Position numbers and translations under genes: made by a program
NCBI RefSeq assembly: GCF_963921235.1
Contig: NC_086097.1
Span: 201,130,001-201,194,000, forward strand
DNA from: Mobula hypostoma
Taxonomy: Eukaryota
Reading direction: 5' to 3'
Length of the DNA stretch: 64,000 nt
Part shown: piece after piece, positions 24,410 through 38,130 of the stretch
Layout of the letters: each line of letters starts with the position of its first letter
Position numbering within the stretch: the stretch's first letter is position 1
The notes under the pieces: generated by a model
What the model was told of the DNA's origin: nothing
Database searches by the model: none
What the model saw: the letters and a program-made list of their open reading frames with translations, nothing else

Positions 24410-25540
24410 ATGGGACCCATGGGAGGCTGGTCAAGAAGGTTCAGGTGTTTGGCATTCAAGGTGAGGTAGCATACTGGATTAGACATTGGTTTTGTGAGGA
24501 AGCCAGAAAGTGGTAGTAGCTGGTTGCCTCTCTGAATGGAGGCCTGCAACTAGTGGAATGCCGGAGGGACCTGTGTTCAGTCCGTAGTTGTTTGTCATCT
24601 TATCAACAACTTGGGTGATAATGTGGTTAACTGGATAGGCAAATTTGTGGATGACACCAAGATTGGGGGTGTAACAGACAGCGAGGAAGGCTATCATGGC
24701 TTGCAGTGGGATCTGGACCAGCTGGAAAATTCAGCCGAAAAATGGCAGATGGAACTTAATGCAGACAAGTACAAGGTCTTACACTTCAGTAGGACCAACC
24801 GGGATAGATCTTACACAGTGAATGGTAGGGCACTGAGGAGTGCAGTAGAACAAACAGAGCTGGGAAACAGTTCCATAATTCATTCAAAGTGGTGTTACAG
24901 CTAGGTATGGTTGTAATGAAAGCTTTTGGCACATTGGCCTTTCAAAAATCGAAGCATTGAGTACAGGAGATGAGGTGTCATAATGAAATGGTATAAGACA
25001 TTGTTGAGACCTAATTCGGAATATTTTGTGCACTTTTGTTCGCCTAACTGCAGAAAAGATGTAAATAAGTTTGAAAGAGTACAGAGAAAAGTTATAAGGA
25101 TGTTGCTGGGACGAGAGGAAAGATTGAATAAGTTAGGGCTTTATTCCCTAGAAAATGGAATATTGAGGGGAGATTTGATAGAGGTATAGAAAATCATGAG
25201 GATTATAGATAGGGTAAATGCCAGCAGGCTTTTTCCGCTGAGGTTGGGTGGGACTACAACTAGAGATCATGGATTATGGGTGAAAGGTGAAATGTTTAAG
25301 GGGTACATAATGAAAAACTTCTTCACTCAAAGGGGTGTGAGAGGGTAATGTGCAAGTGGGGCATGCGAGCTCAATTTAAATATTTAAGAGAAGTTTGGAT
25401 AGGTGCATGGATGGGAGGGGTATTGGGGGCTTTGGTCTGGGTGCAGCTCAATGGGTCTAGGCAGTTTAAAAGAGTTGGCACAGACTAGATGGGTGGAAGG
25501 GCCTATTTCTGTGCTGTATGTTTCTAAGACTATATGACTA
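24410..25540 (+). mobile_element. CR1 3' fragment
   Basis: KFVDDTKIGG, WQMELNADK and LRGDLIEV motifs, followed by a 3' UTR. Confidence 0.88.
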
Positions 25541-26948
25541 AAAGTTCCTTTTACTTATATAGACAGCACTAACAATCCCCATAATGCATGCATTATGTGG
25601 CAACTTGGAAGAATCGCACAGATCAGCTATTCTATAAAATATAGGACCATCAGAGTAACAGTGCCCTGATCTGATCAGGCAAAGCTGTGCCATTTGTTCA
25701 CAGAAGAACAATGATGTGTGTCAGCTATGACTTAGAAAACCTCAGCATCCAGATAAACCGCTCTGTTGATGCATACAGTAGAAATAGGAATGCGGTTCAT
25801 GAGGAATTAAGTTTCAAGATATTGACTACAACTTCCCTTCCTTCCTCAAGTGCTTGGAAACATCTTTTTTGACACTATGCCTGTATGTAGCTCCAGTCTA
25901 AACAGCATACCCTGCAATATCATTAAAAAAAATAATGACCACGGCAGGAGTAATAACCAGAGAGTTGGCCATGCACCTTGCTCAAACAGTATATAAACTC
26001 GTAGCATTCTCATGACTCACCAGCAAGGCTCTAGGCAACCCTGAAGCAATTGTGAAATCAATGCCAAGAACCTGAATTGCATTCTTGTGTACTTTTAAGG
26101 GCAATGTGACTGAATATCAATGTTTTTATCAACAAATTCAAAAGTGATGTTAATCTGCAAGATTCACACATTTTCAGTCGCAGTAACTGCAAGCACATAT
26201 CATATATGTTCCAATATAGGATGCAAGTGAGTGATGCCATTCATTATGCAACACTGTTTAGAGGTTTGGTAACTGAAATTGCATCCTTTTTCTTGGTCAT
26301 TCACGCAGAACTTATTAAGGAAGCACTCCATTCACTGCAATTGCATGAGTTAAAGAGCTACTCGCCCACTTTGCACCTGGATGGCAAAACCTGGAAAAAT
26401 GTAACAATTTTAGAGATTTGTGGAACTGGGGAGGATTATGGAAACAGACTGCATATTTGACTCTGAAAACAAACCAGATAAAGCAGTCTTGCCTGTGAGA
26501 ATGATAAAAATTAGACCCCTGAATGACATTTGCTGGGGCACCTGAAAGATAAAGTATTTGTTCAATGGCACGAGAAGGTATTTTTTAAGGCCATGGTCTA
26601 AATAAGAGGTAAATTAGTTTTACGTTATCCTAAAATCTGTATTCAAGCAGCAAAATCAATATACTTGCTTTAAATAATATCAAAACAAAAACAGCTAATG
26701 AAAGTAAAAACATTGTAAGAACAAAGAAGGGACTAGCTGTGTTTAAATATGTATAAAAATAAGAAATTCTAGTTATATCTATATAACTTTAAAGATTGCC
26801 ATACAGATATACCTCAAGATGAGCACCCTTAATATGAAATTTCAATTATGCCATAATGTGTTTGCATTTTAATATTGAGTTTCAATTTCCAATTATTTTC
26901 CTTTAAGTCTTAATTCTATTATTTCTCCATAACTCTTTTAAAACATAC

Positions 26949-27083
26949 CTGCACAGCTATTATTTTCTGAGCATTCTCATGAGAGAAAGCCAGGAACGTT
27001 GCCAGCTCCGCTTGACTATAAAGGCCTCGTTGTCTGGAGTAGTCCACTAGTGCTTTATGCATCCTGGTTTGTAGTGCAGAGAG
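26949..27083 (-). CDS. CCDC178: Next coding exon (135 nt, phase 0/0) of the CCDC178-like gene
   Basis: Minus strand has a pyrimidine tract, then catcag|CTCTCT...GTGCAG|gtatgt. The exon encodes 45 aa: LSALQTRMHKALVDYSRQRGLYSQAELATFLAFSHENAQKIIAVQ, matching the recalled CCDC178 pattern L..LQ.RMH....SQ..LA.F...S.E..QKI.AVQ. It is too short for the ORF track. Confidence 0.85.
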
Positions 27084-28513
27084 CTGATGGGATTTAAAAA
27101 AAAGTCAGAGTAGGAGGGGAAATTAATGGCAGTGTTCAAAAAGAATGATGGAGAGAATACAGAAAGCAGTCAATAGCCCATTTTGTACTGTACAGGCTTG
27201 ACAGGAATTTTACAGTCTCTTGATTTTTCAGCCCACTCATGTGCATTCAATAGAATCCAGTCACATCTGGCTGCTAGGATGGGGGGTTAATTTTCTCTAA
27301 ATGCTTCAGCAGTTTTGTTCTAGTTGAGGCGAAACACTGACTGCAAAGCTGATGAGTTAAACATTTCTGTTTCTCTCTGTTCCATAAAGGCGACTAAAGG
27401 ATTTATTTTACCCTTTTGTTTAAAAGCATAGAGCTTTTATGCTATTCAAGCTGCATAAATTGGCCCCACCTAAACTTTAATATGCACAGTTAAAATATAT
27501 TGATAGGCATGTTAGCTGTTTTTTATTCCTGTAAGGCTTATCATGGCCTAGCAACATGTGCTTTAGTGCATGACAAAACTAAAGAGCATTAAGCAGTCAT
27601 CAGCTGCTTCAGGAGAACAACAACAGAAAAGAAATTTCTAGAAAAACACATCATCCGTCTACCTTGCAATGATAATAAAAGAATAAAATTCAACTGTCCA
27701 TTTTCAATCACAGAGAATAATACCTTACATAACCTTTTATATCTCTGCATAAATGAAAGGTATGAAGACATATAATATAATATAAAATATATGAGACTTA
27801 TTGGGCTCCTAATTAGGGTTAAATTATTTTTATAGATTTGGAAAAAATATTTTGTTTGAACCACATACAGTAAGTAGAAAACAAGTTTTAATATTAGATA
27901 TACATTTAATAAAGTAAGAGTCTATTTTTGTAGGAATATTCCTTAAGGTTAATTGATTTATGTTATCACAGTATATTCGATCAGATTGATGCAAGGCATG
28001 CAAAGCATTCAACAGTGAAAATTGAGAAAAATGAGTAAGCATGACATATAACTCCTATGATAGAAAACAATCAACAACAGACAAATTAAAGATGATCTGT
28101 TAAGAATTTTAGCAGAAAACAGTTACTGAGTCTCAGAAAATGAAAATGCAACAAATATGGTATTATTTTGTTTCTATATAATTGTTTGGGATTTTGAAAT
28201 ATTAGAATGACGCATGAAATAAACAAGTTTAATTTCAATATTATGGTACTGTTTCTGTGTGACTGAGCAGTCTACAGATACGGCAAAGATGGCCAATATA
28301 TCACACTGTTTATAACTTACAAATGCACCAGGACACACTGCAAGAGTATGGCAGAGGCAGCTAATTTCACATTTTTCTGCACAAGCACATGAATTGCCAA
28401 GGCATAGAAAGGCTATGGACTAAGTGCTGGTTCATGGGCATTTTATGGTCAAGAAATACTGGATTAAAGGACCTGATTCTGTGCTACATGATTATGATTC
28501 TGTCCCTCTATGA

Positions 28514-28593
28514 CAGGGGTTCTCAACCAGCAGTCCATGGACCCTTTGCTTAATGGTATTTGTCCATGGCATAAAAAAGGTTGGGAACCCCTG
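28514..28593. mobile_element. 80-bp hAT MITE
   Basis: TIRs CAGGGGTTCTCAACC / GGTTGGGAACCCCTG with a perfect 8-bp TSD CTCTATGA (28506-28513 and 28594-28601). Confidence 0.9.
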
Positions 28594-28634
28594 CTCTATG
28601 ACACTGTTTTGCAAGATTCAATGGTATAATTCTA

Positions 28635-29422
28635 TACAAGTATGATCAGGAGGTGTACGGGAATAAGATAGATAATTTGGCTGAGTGCTGTCACAGTAAC
28701 AATCTTGAACACAATATCAGTGAAACCAAGGAATTGATAGTGGACTTTAGGAAGGAGAAATTGAGTGAACACACACCTGTCCTCATGAATGGATCAAAAG
28801 TGGAAAGAGTGAGCAGTTTCAAGTTCCTGGGTGTCAGCATCTCTGAGAATTTACTCTGGGCCCAATATATTGATGCAATTACAAAGAAAGCATGACCACG
28901 AGTTTGAGTCACCAAAGCAACTTGCATATTTCTACAGGAGTACCACAGAGAGCTTTTGAACTGGTTGCATCAGCACCTGGTATAGAGGAGCAACCACACA
29001 GGATCAGAAAAAGCTGCAGAAATTGTAATCTCAGCCACCTCCATCATGGACACTACCCTGCCCAGCATCCAGGACACCATCAAAATGTGATACCTAAAAA
29101 AGGTGACATCCATCATTAAGGACCCCCATCACCCAGAATATGCCCTCTTCTCATTGCTACCATCAAGGAGGAAGTACAGGAGCCTGAAGACATACACTCA
29201 ATGTTTCAGGAACAACTACTTCTCTGCTATAAAATTTCTGAATAGACAATGAACCCATCAACACTACCTTAGCATTTTCTTCTCTTCTTTTGCACTACTT
29301 ATTCAATTTAATTTTATATATATTTCTTACTGTCATTTATAGTTTTTATGTATTGTAATGTATTGCTGCTGCAAAACAACATATGCTAGTGATATTAAAC
29401 CTGATTCTGATTTTGATTCTGA
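28635..29422 (+). mobile_element. Rex1/Babar-like LINE 3' fragment
   Basis: NNL..NISETKELIVDFRK..VERVSSFKFLGV motif and a (GATTCT)n tail. Confidence 0.85.
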
Positions 29423-29646
29423 ATGGAATGTAATTGAAACTGAACAAATAAAATCACCTCAAAATTTGTGAGCAAAGTAGGTACAGTATTCAAAAATATG
29501 CTGAGTATTTTAAAGTTAGATTGAAAAGCGTGATCATAAGGTATTTAGGTCATTTTTTATTTTTTTTATGAATCTCAGATGGAACCTTAATCAGATAAGA
29601 ATAATTTTGTAATTTTATATTTTCAGCAGATTAATCAATGAGTTGC

Positions 29647-29839
29647 TATGGTCCCCAACCTTTTTTTGCACCGTGGACCGGTTTAATATTGATAAACCGA
29701 CGGGGTGGGTGGGGTGTTCAATTTCAACGGTACGTGACAGGGAATGAGGAAAGCTGCAACTGACTCATATCACCAAATCATATCATTTCCTCACGGCCCA
29801 GTAGCACATGCTTTGCAGCCCAGTAGTTGGGGACCACTG
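29647..29839. mobile_element. hAT (Charlie-like) MITE, degenerate
   Basis: Inverted ends tggtccccaac / gttggggacca, similar to 54596-54841. No TSD is recognisable. Confidence 0.6.
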
Positions 29840-30339
29840 CTCTAGCTGTTTGAAGGACATTAATATTTCTTTTAGTCATACCTACTTATCAACAATGGGA
29901 GCTTCTTTAGGTTGAGGTTTGATCTTATCTGAGGTATTAGAGTGAATAGTAAGGCAAAGTCCTACACATTTCCAGACCTGCACACTCCTCCACTCTTCTT
30001 GATCATGTTGATCTGCCTGATACCCAGTTCTTGAAGAGAACTTCAATAGCCGCCAAAAAGGATGCAGATATTATGATGCACTGCTCCTATTTCAAAGAAC
30101 AAGCTTACTTGTATGATTCCAATGTACTGCCAATGTTTTCCGTGCTGTAATTTAGAATTACATGGTGTTCAATGTTTTGGGTAACTGGCACTATTTGTGT
30201 AAGCATGTATTGCACTTCATAAACAGCAGATGATTTATGGCTGTATGACAACAGAAACTTACTGAAAGAACAGAAAAAGAGGGGCTGCATAGTTTTCTTA
30301 TGATATACTGGAGGCACTGGTGAAGAGATCTATCCAAAG

Positions 30340-30418
30340 CAGGGGCCCCAACCTGGGGTTCACAGACTCCTTATGTAATACTATTGGTCCAGGGCATAAA
30401 AAAGGCTTGGAACACCTG
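30340..30418. mobile_element. hAT MITE, same family as 28514-28593
   Basis: CAGGGG...CACCTG ends, shared core tattggtcca.ggcataaaaaagg, and TSD ATCCAAAG/ATCCAGAG. Confidence 0.8.
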
Positions 30419-30889
30419 ATCCAGAGAGAATCAGAAAGCCCTCTCATGAGTTTGATTTAAGGCATTGGAACTAGATAATTGTTGCACTCAAAACCAGAGT
30501 CACACTCTGAAAACATGTCACTAATATGCACTGTCAATGACCTTACATGCATGATCAAGGTCAGTGAATGCAATTTCAAGGGTCAGATTCACCTACTGCA
30601 TCACTAGTTCTAGTCATTGTTCAGAACACTACACTGCCAGCAATATCAATCAATCAAGACTTACCTAATGTTCATATGCTCCAGCACACGCTCAAACACT
30701 TAACATTGTTGCAAGCTTCACACCCATGTCTCAAAGCAGAAACATACCGCAATCTATTTAGACGTGACAAGTACTTTATCTAAAGACTTTGAACAACAAA
30801 TACAAATGATAAGATGATGCCGATGAGTGGCGACTGTTTGCATGCAGCTCTGATGGGAATCATCAAAAATTCCCGTTTAGGACTACTAC

Positions 30890-33766
30890 AGATGAAATCC
30901 AGTCACAGCCATGGGTACTTCAGTAAGCAATATCATTTTAAGACTTCAAAAAAATGTATCAATCCTCAAAATCTATAGACCCCAGACAGCAGCCTCAGTT
31001 TGCGACTGCAGTTGCCCTTTTTAGAAAATCGAAGCAGGAAAGGCGTGCTGGACTATAGGTACAATTGAAACACAGAGGCCTTAGACCCCACCCCCCCACT
31101 CCCAACTATCCATCTGACAAATGTACAGTCTCTGAAAAATAAAACTGAAGACCATAGAGCAAGTTTGCAGTACTAGAGGGACATCAGATACTGCTGTGTA
31201 CTTGACTTCATGGAAACATAGCTCACCTCCGCCATTTCAGACACAGTGCTTCAGTCTGATGGCTTTACCATTCTCTGCGAAGACAGGTCAGTTGAGTTTT
31301 TTAAGGATTGGTGGGGGGGGGGATAAACTTCATGATTAAATCAGCATGGTGCTCAGACGTGTGGTTCCAACTCAGTCCTGCTCACCTGACCTGAAACATC
31401 AAACAGTCAAGAGTAGCCCATTATACCTGCTGAGGGAATTGTCCACCACCAACCTGGCAGCAGTGTAAACCCCACCTGAAGCCAACATCAGGAAGGCACT
31501 TGAGGAGCTGAGCACCATGATCAGCAATCACAAAACACCGCACCCTATCATTGTGGGGTATTTCAACCAGGCCAGCTTGAAGAAGTCTCTGAACAACTGA
31601 ACAATTATCACCAACATATCACCTGTAGAACCAGAGGAGGCAATATACTTGACCACTGTTATACCACCAACAAGAATGCTTACCATGCCAACCCAGGCCT
31701 GTACTTTAGAAAGTCTGATCACCTGGCTGTACTTCTACACCTGGCATATAGGTGGAGACTAAAAACTGCAGGTCCAGTGGTAAGGACCAAGAAGTTATGG
31801 TCAAGGGAAGCAGAGGAGCGCTTACAGGACTGCTTTGAGTGGGTGGACAGGATGATATTCAGGGATTCATCTTCAGATCTAAATGAATACTCACTGTTAT
31901 CATTAATGTCATCAATACCTTTGGGATGAGAGTGTGTCTTTGAGAACATACCAGATATACCCAAACCAAAAGCCATGGATAAATCAGGAGATTTGTAGTC
32001 TGCTGAGGGTTAGATCTGTGGTATTCAAGACTGGTGATCCAGAAATTTACAAGAATTCCAGGTTTGAACTATGGAAGGCTATTTTATGAGTGAAACTCTG
32101 ATTGAAGTTGGAGACGGTATCGGATGCATGTCAGCTCTGGCTGGGTTTGCAGACTATGACATCCTACAAGACAAAACCTAACAATATGAATGGCTGTGAT
32201 GCTTCACTCCCAGAAGAGCCAAATGCCTTTTAAACAGGCTTTGAATGACAGAATAAAACTACACCTGTGTGAGTCCCTGTAGTATCTGATGGCCCTGTAA
32301 TCTTTGTCCTGGAAATTGATGTCAGGATATCTTTCATGAGGATGAATCCTGGCAAAACGTTAGGGCCTGATAGTGTACCTAGTAGGATACTGAAAGTCTG
32401 TGACAACCAACTGGTTTAAGTGTCCATGGACATCTTCAATTTCCCAACGCTGCAGTTGGAACTTCCTACCTGTTTTAAAAGGGTAGCAATCACACAGGCG
32501 CCCAAGTAGAGCATGGTGAGCTGCTTTAAAAACTACTGGCCAGTTGCACTCACATTTACTAAGATGACTGCTTTGAGAAGCTGGTCATGGTAGAATCAAC
32601 TCCTGCCTAAGCAAGGATCCGAACCTGCTGCAATTTGCTTATCTCCACAATAGGTCTACAGCGGATGTAATCTCATTCATTCTCCGTTCAGCTTTGGTTC
32701 ACCGGACAGTAGCAATACCTACAGCAGGCTGCTGTTTATTGAGTACAGCTCAGTGTTCAACACCTTCATACTCCTAGTAGAAATCAATAAGCTCCAAAAC
32801 CTGACCTCTGTACCTCTCTCTGCAACAGGATCCTTGACTTCCCCACCAGGAGACCACAGTCTGTGCGGAAATAACATCTCCTCCTCGCTAACAATCAACC
32901 CTGGCAGATCTCAAGGATACATGCTTAGCCCACTGCTCTATTCTCTCTACATCTGTGAAAAGATTGTGTGGCGTGGCACAGTTCAAACACAACTTATAAA
33001 TTTGCTGATGACGCAACTATTTTTGCCAGAATTTCAGATGGTGAATATATATCAGCTGGCTGAGAGATGTGAAAACAAACCTTGAACTTAATGTTAGTAA
33101 GACCATAGAATTGATTGTGGACTTCAGAAAGGGGAAGTTGCTCATCGAGGGATCAACAGTGGAAAGGATGAGCAGTTGTAGGTTCCTGAGTTCATCTCTG
33201 AAGAGCTAATACAGATACAAAGAAGGCATGCCTGTGGCTATACTTCATTAGGAGTTTGAGGAAACTGGGAATATCTCCAATGACTCTTGCAAATTTCTAC
33301 ATATGTACCATGGACAACATTCTAACTGGTTGCACCTCTCTCTGGTATGGAGGGGCCATTGCACAAGATCGGCAAGGACTAAAAAAGTTGCAAACTCAGC
33401 CAGCTCCATCTTGGGTACTGGCATCCCCAACATCAATGCCTTAAAAGTGGCATCTATCATTGAGGACCCACATTACCCAGGACATGCCCTTTTCCTCATT
33501 GCTACCATCAAGGAGGAGCTTGAAGACACAATGTTTTATGAACAGCTTTTTTCCCCACCGCTATCAAATTTCTGAATGGACGATGAATCCATGTACATGA
33601 CTTCACTGTATTTGCTCTGTCTTTGCAGTACTTATTTAAATTAATTATATATATTTCTAATTGTAATCTATATATTTTTATTGTCTATTATAACATACTA
33701 TAAAGCAACAAAGCAACATATTTCAAGACACACGCCAGTATTACTAAACCTCGTTCTGATTCTGAA
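30890..33766 (+). mobile_element. Near full-length, heavily decayed Rex1/Babar-like LINE (APE-RT)
   Basis: NVQSLKNK at ~31120, FNQASLKKSL, KSDHLAVLL, QFAY..NRSTAD, LSPLLYSLY and FADD at ~33001, then IIEDPHYPGH and a GATTCT tail. Confidence 0.85.
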
Positions 33767-34919
33767 ACACACTTGTGCATATGCTTGAATATGGTCGTCA
33801 GCAAACAAAGTAAGTAGCATCTAATTGAAAGCACAAAAATACTCATGTGAATAAGATGGCACAACTATAAGTACAGTGTAAATTAGTAAGACCAATGTCA
33901 ACAAAAGAATTGAATTTGAAGATTCAGTATCTTCATATTTAATCCTCCTCATATCCCATTTCAGCAACATCCAAAGATCTCTAGTGATATACAAGCTGCA
34001 GATGGTGTAAGCATTGCTCTTCATCTCCCCCTAACCTTGCAAAATGATTGTGCATTTAATCTTTAAGACAGCCTTGAACTGTGATCAGGCAGGGAGTGGT
34101 AAAAGAACACCATCATTTAGTTCACACTTGCTGTCAGGATCTCAACATTGAGATTAATTATCTTAAGATTTCATAATAAAAATGAATCCCACACTCTCAG
34201 ATAAATTCTCAGCAATTGGTGATGAAGAAGATAAAGGTAGTTGGATCTGTTACTTCATGCTGAGGTTCCTCAATGTTGATATCCTGAAGTTTGGATGACT
34301 GGACTCTAACAACCTCAACATAGTGCTAAATGTGATTAGATAATCTGAAGTGTTTCCAATAATCCATGTTGACTTCATTTTTGATGGTATTTTCAGTCCA
34401 ATATGTCCATTCTGTGCAAAGTAATTGACACTTTTGGAAACCAGCCCTTTTGTAAATAGGATGTTAGCTACAACAAGGGGTCCTGCTTGATTATTATTGG
34501 CAGGTCCCCATTACATTGCGAACAGCTGAGAGTAGGCCGATAGAATGGTAATTGCTGAGTTTGTTTTGAGTAATTTTACTGTTTTGAAGGAAACCAGTAA
34601 TGTAGATTACTAAAGACACGGCTAATTTTGGAGCAAAGATATTCAAAGATACAGTTGGAACCTAGAGCCTTTGTGACCAAAAGTGATCACATTTATTGCT
34701 TGCCCTAAATCAGAGATAATGTTTGAAAGTTGGGAAGTACTGTCCTTTCCTGCACTACTGAAGTATTGCCTCCCCATAGCTTGATAAAGGAACAGAATGT
34801 TTCATTCTTCTCACTGAGATTTCAACCTTTCATCCAGTTAACCAAGCCACCCACTTACAACAATTCTTCCCCACTCTCCAATTAATAGGGAGTGATCATA
34901 ACTGATTTAATTATTACCG

Positions 34920-35155
34920 AAAACAAAGAGCAAACTGCTGGAGGAACTCAGTGGGCCAGGCAGCAACGTGGAGGGAAAAGAATTATTGACACTTTGGGTC
35001 AAGATCCTGAGAGAGGAGAGCCAATATAAAGAGATAAGGGTTACAAGTCACCTGCAGTCCTAATGACACACTCTCTCCCTTCCTGCTTACCCCTCTCTGC
35101 TCTGAGATCACCACCCTCACTACCTCACCCATCTGAGTCCGCCCTTCCATTATCA
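34920..35155. mobile_element. Degenerate inverted Penelope terminal-repeat remnant
   Basis: ctgctggaggaactcagtgggccaggcagca arm followed by a pyrimidine-rich arm in the opposite orientation. Confidence 0.5.
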
Positions 35156-35584
35156 TTGAGCTTGGATTGCTCCAAGCATCCAGCCAACTTGGTGAGATGG
35201 AGAGGGCTTTGGACGGGCCGGCCCAGGCTTATCGGGAAGCCAAGATCTAGGCCCTAGTTCATGGCACTATCTAGTGCTTGGACAATTTAAATGTCGGCCC
35301 AGATAGACTGGAAGCCCATGTGTCGGGTACAGAGGCGATGGTCGTACTGATTTTGCTCCTCTCCTATGAATATTCATTCTTTCTCGGTGGCGCTATGGCT
35401 ATGAATGATCTGGCTGTTTTGTGTTTCTGCCCTGCTGGTGTGTAAACTGAGGATGGAGGCTTGGCTTGGGCCCACTCTGGCTGCTCCAGGAGTAGAACTG
35501 GGACTCATTCTGGTTCAGGATGCTGTTGGCTTGCTTCTATATGTTTGCACAATGTGTTTTTTCCCTCTCTCTCTCTTTCTTTTT

Positions 35585-36763
35585 GCTCAACTCTCTCTAT
35601 ACCCATGACTGTGTGGCTAGGCATAGCTCAAATACCATCTATTAACTGACTGATGATACAACCATTGTTGGTAGAATCTCAGACGGAGACAAGAGGATGT
35701 ACAGGAGTGAGATATACCAACTAGTGGAGTGGTGTCGCAGCAACAACCTTGCATTCAACATCAGTAAGATGGAAGAGCTGATTGTGGACTTCAGGAAGGG
35801 TAAGACAAAGGAACACATACCAATCCTCATAGAGGGATCAGCAGTTTCAAGTTCCTGGGTGTCAAGATCTCTGAGGTCTGAGGACCTAACCTGGTCCCAA
35901 CATATCGATGCAGCTATAAAGAAGGCAAGACAGCCACTATACTTCATTAGGAGTTTAAAGAGATTTGATACATCAACAAAAACATTTGAAAACTTCTATA
36001 GATGTACTGTGGACAGCGTTCTGACAAGGTGCATCACTGTCTGGTATGGCGGGGCTACTGCACAGGACTGAAAGAAGCTGTAGAGGGTAGTAAATTTAGT
36101 CGGCTCCATCTTGGATACTAGCCTACAAAATACCCAGGACATCCTCAAGGAGCGGTATCTCAGAAAGGCAGTATCCATGATTAAGGACCCCCAGCACCCA
36201 TGGCACACCCTTTTCTCATTGTTACCATCAGGTAGAAGGTACAGAAGCCTGAAGGCACACACTCAGCGATTCAGAAACAGCTTCTTCCCCTCTGCCTTCC
36301 GATTCCTAAATGGACATTGAACCCTTGGACACTACCTCACTTTTTTTAATATATATTATTTCTGTTTCTGCATGATTTTAATCTATTCAATCTACATATT
36401 TTGTAATTGATTTATTTATTTGTTTTTTCTTCTATATTATGCATTGAGACTCAAGGAAGTCATTCCCGCCTGTGGCTATCAAACTTTACAACTCCTCCCT
36501 TGGAGGGTCAGGCACCCTGAGCTAATAGGGTGGTCCTGGACTTATTTCCATCTGGCATAATTTACATATTATTATTTAATTATTTATTGTTTTATATTGC
36601 TATACGTACTCTATTCTTGGTTGGTGCAACTGTAACGAAACCCAATTTCCCTCGGGATTAATAAAGTATATCTATCTATCTATCTATTGTATTGAACTGC
36701 TGCTACTAAGTTAACAAATTTCACAACACATGTCAGTGATAATAAACCTGATTCTAATTCTGA
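35585..36763 (+). mobile_element. Rex1/Babar-like 3' fragment, with a second Rex-like 3' end nested at 36447-36685
   Basis: WCRSNNLAFN..ELIVDFRK and KDPQHP..LPSGRRYRSL..RFRNSFFP motifs. The nested piece ends AATAAA..(CTAT)n and is flanked by ATTG. Confidence 0.88.
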
Positions 36764-36979
36764 TTTCTTTCCACAGTGGTTTTTGGTCTTTTTTTTTTAA
36801 ATTGAGTCATTTGGTTTCTTGCTTTGTGGCTGCCTATAAGCAAACAAATTTCAAGGTGTATAATTTATACATTATTTGTTAATAAACGTGCTCTGAATCT
36901 TTGAACGTTTTCCCTCTTTGATCGTATGCCTGAGTCCAGCTCCAGCCTCTACTGATTCTTCACCATTTTCACCAACACC

Positions 36980-37215
36980 CCCTCTTTGATGCTGAGTTGT
37001 CAGTCTTTATCATCTTCCATCTCCCATCAAGAAGGCTTTAAACCCGTCTGCTCATACTGAAAAATACATTCAGTTTCCTACCACTCATGTATTTGGCAGA
37101 ATTTGTTCTTACCCTGAACAATTTCTCCTTTGATTCCTCTCGCTTCTTACAAATGAGAGTTGTAGTAATGGTCACCAATACGGCCTCCTGTTATGCTTGT
37201 CATTTTGTTGTCTAA
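36980..37215 (+). mobile_element. Penelope RT fragment, degenerate
   Basis: Translates as LAEFVLTLNNFSFDSSRFLQMRVVVMVT..ASCYAC from 37093, resembling the PLE RT motif N.F.F....Y.Q..G.AMG. Confidence 0.65.
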
Positions 37216-37589
37216 GTGCACTTGCAGCCTCTTATATTTGCATTGTTCTATTTCCTAGAAATAATCCTTTGGCTCAGTCCCTTGATCATTTACACACTGG
37301 TCCTTGGTCTCAAAATCCTAAGAAATAACATCAGGTTCCATATTTAAGTTGATGACCCTAAGCCTTATCCAGCATGAAGTTCTGCTGTTGGATTGCCTGT
37401 CAGGTAACACTGGACAACAAAGATTTTGCATCCTGAATACTTTTGGGTGTATCTTATGGTTTTTGGGCTGGTCATCATGAAAATAACCATGAACTTTTCC
37501 TATCACACACTCTCCACACTATCCTTTTAAAATCACCAATATTTGTTATTTCAATTCCTAATTCAAGTCAATTAAAATGGTGCCCTCAA

Positions 37590-38130
37590 CGTAAGCTGAA
37601 AAATTTTCTATCTTCTACAGGCATGCCTAGGTAGGGTGGATGCTGCATGGCAGGGCAGGTTTTTGAAAAGTTATAAATTTCCATGAAGGATTTTGATATT
37701 TGAGACAAATGTTTGCCAAAATAACTGATGCTAAGATTAAGATTGGTCCACAAATCAAACAGGTCATCAATAGCAGGCAATTCAAAGAACTTCTTGTGGG
37801 ATTGGAGAAAAATCACATGGAAGGCATTCAAGGATGTTGTTGAAAATTTTCTTAGCACCAAACTACATGCAGCTGGTTGACAGCATGCTTCAAGCAGACA
37901 AAACCATGAAGTGCAACATGTCACTAAAAGGCTCATTTTCTGCATTCCCATAGACTTCTTCCCTGCAAATCTTGGTGCTGTCAGCGATGATTCACCAGGA
38001 CATTGCAGTCATGAGAAATGGTATCAGGGCAACTGAATCCATCAATGCTGGCTGATTATTGTTGGACACTTAAGTGAGAAGCCTCAGACACTGAGTACAA
38101 ATGAAAATCATCAACAAAAATATTTTGAAC
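37590..38130 (+). mobile_element. DNA transposase remnant, probably CMC/Chapaev3-like
   Basis: Frameshifted plus-strand pieces: DAKIK..GPQIKQVI, TWKAFKDVVENFL, CNMSLK.HFLHSH.DFFPANLGAVSD, FHQDI-like and MLADYCWTL. The superfamily assignment is from memory. Confidence 0.6.
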
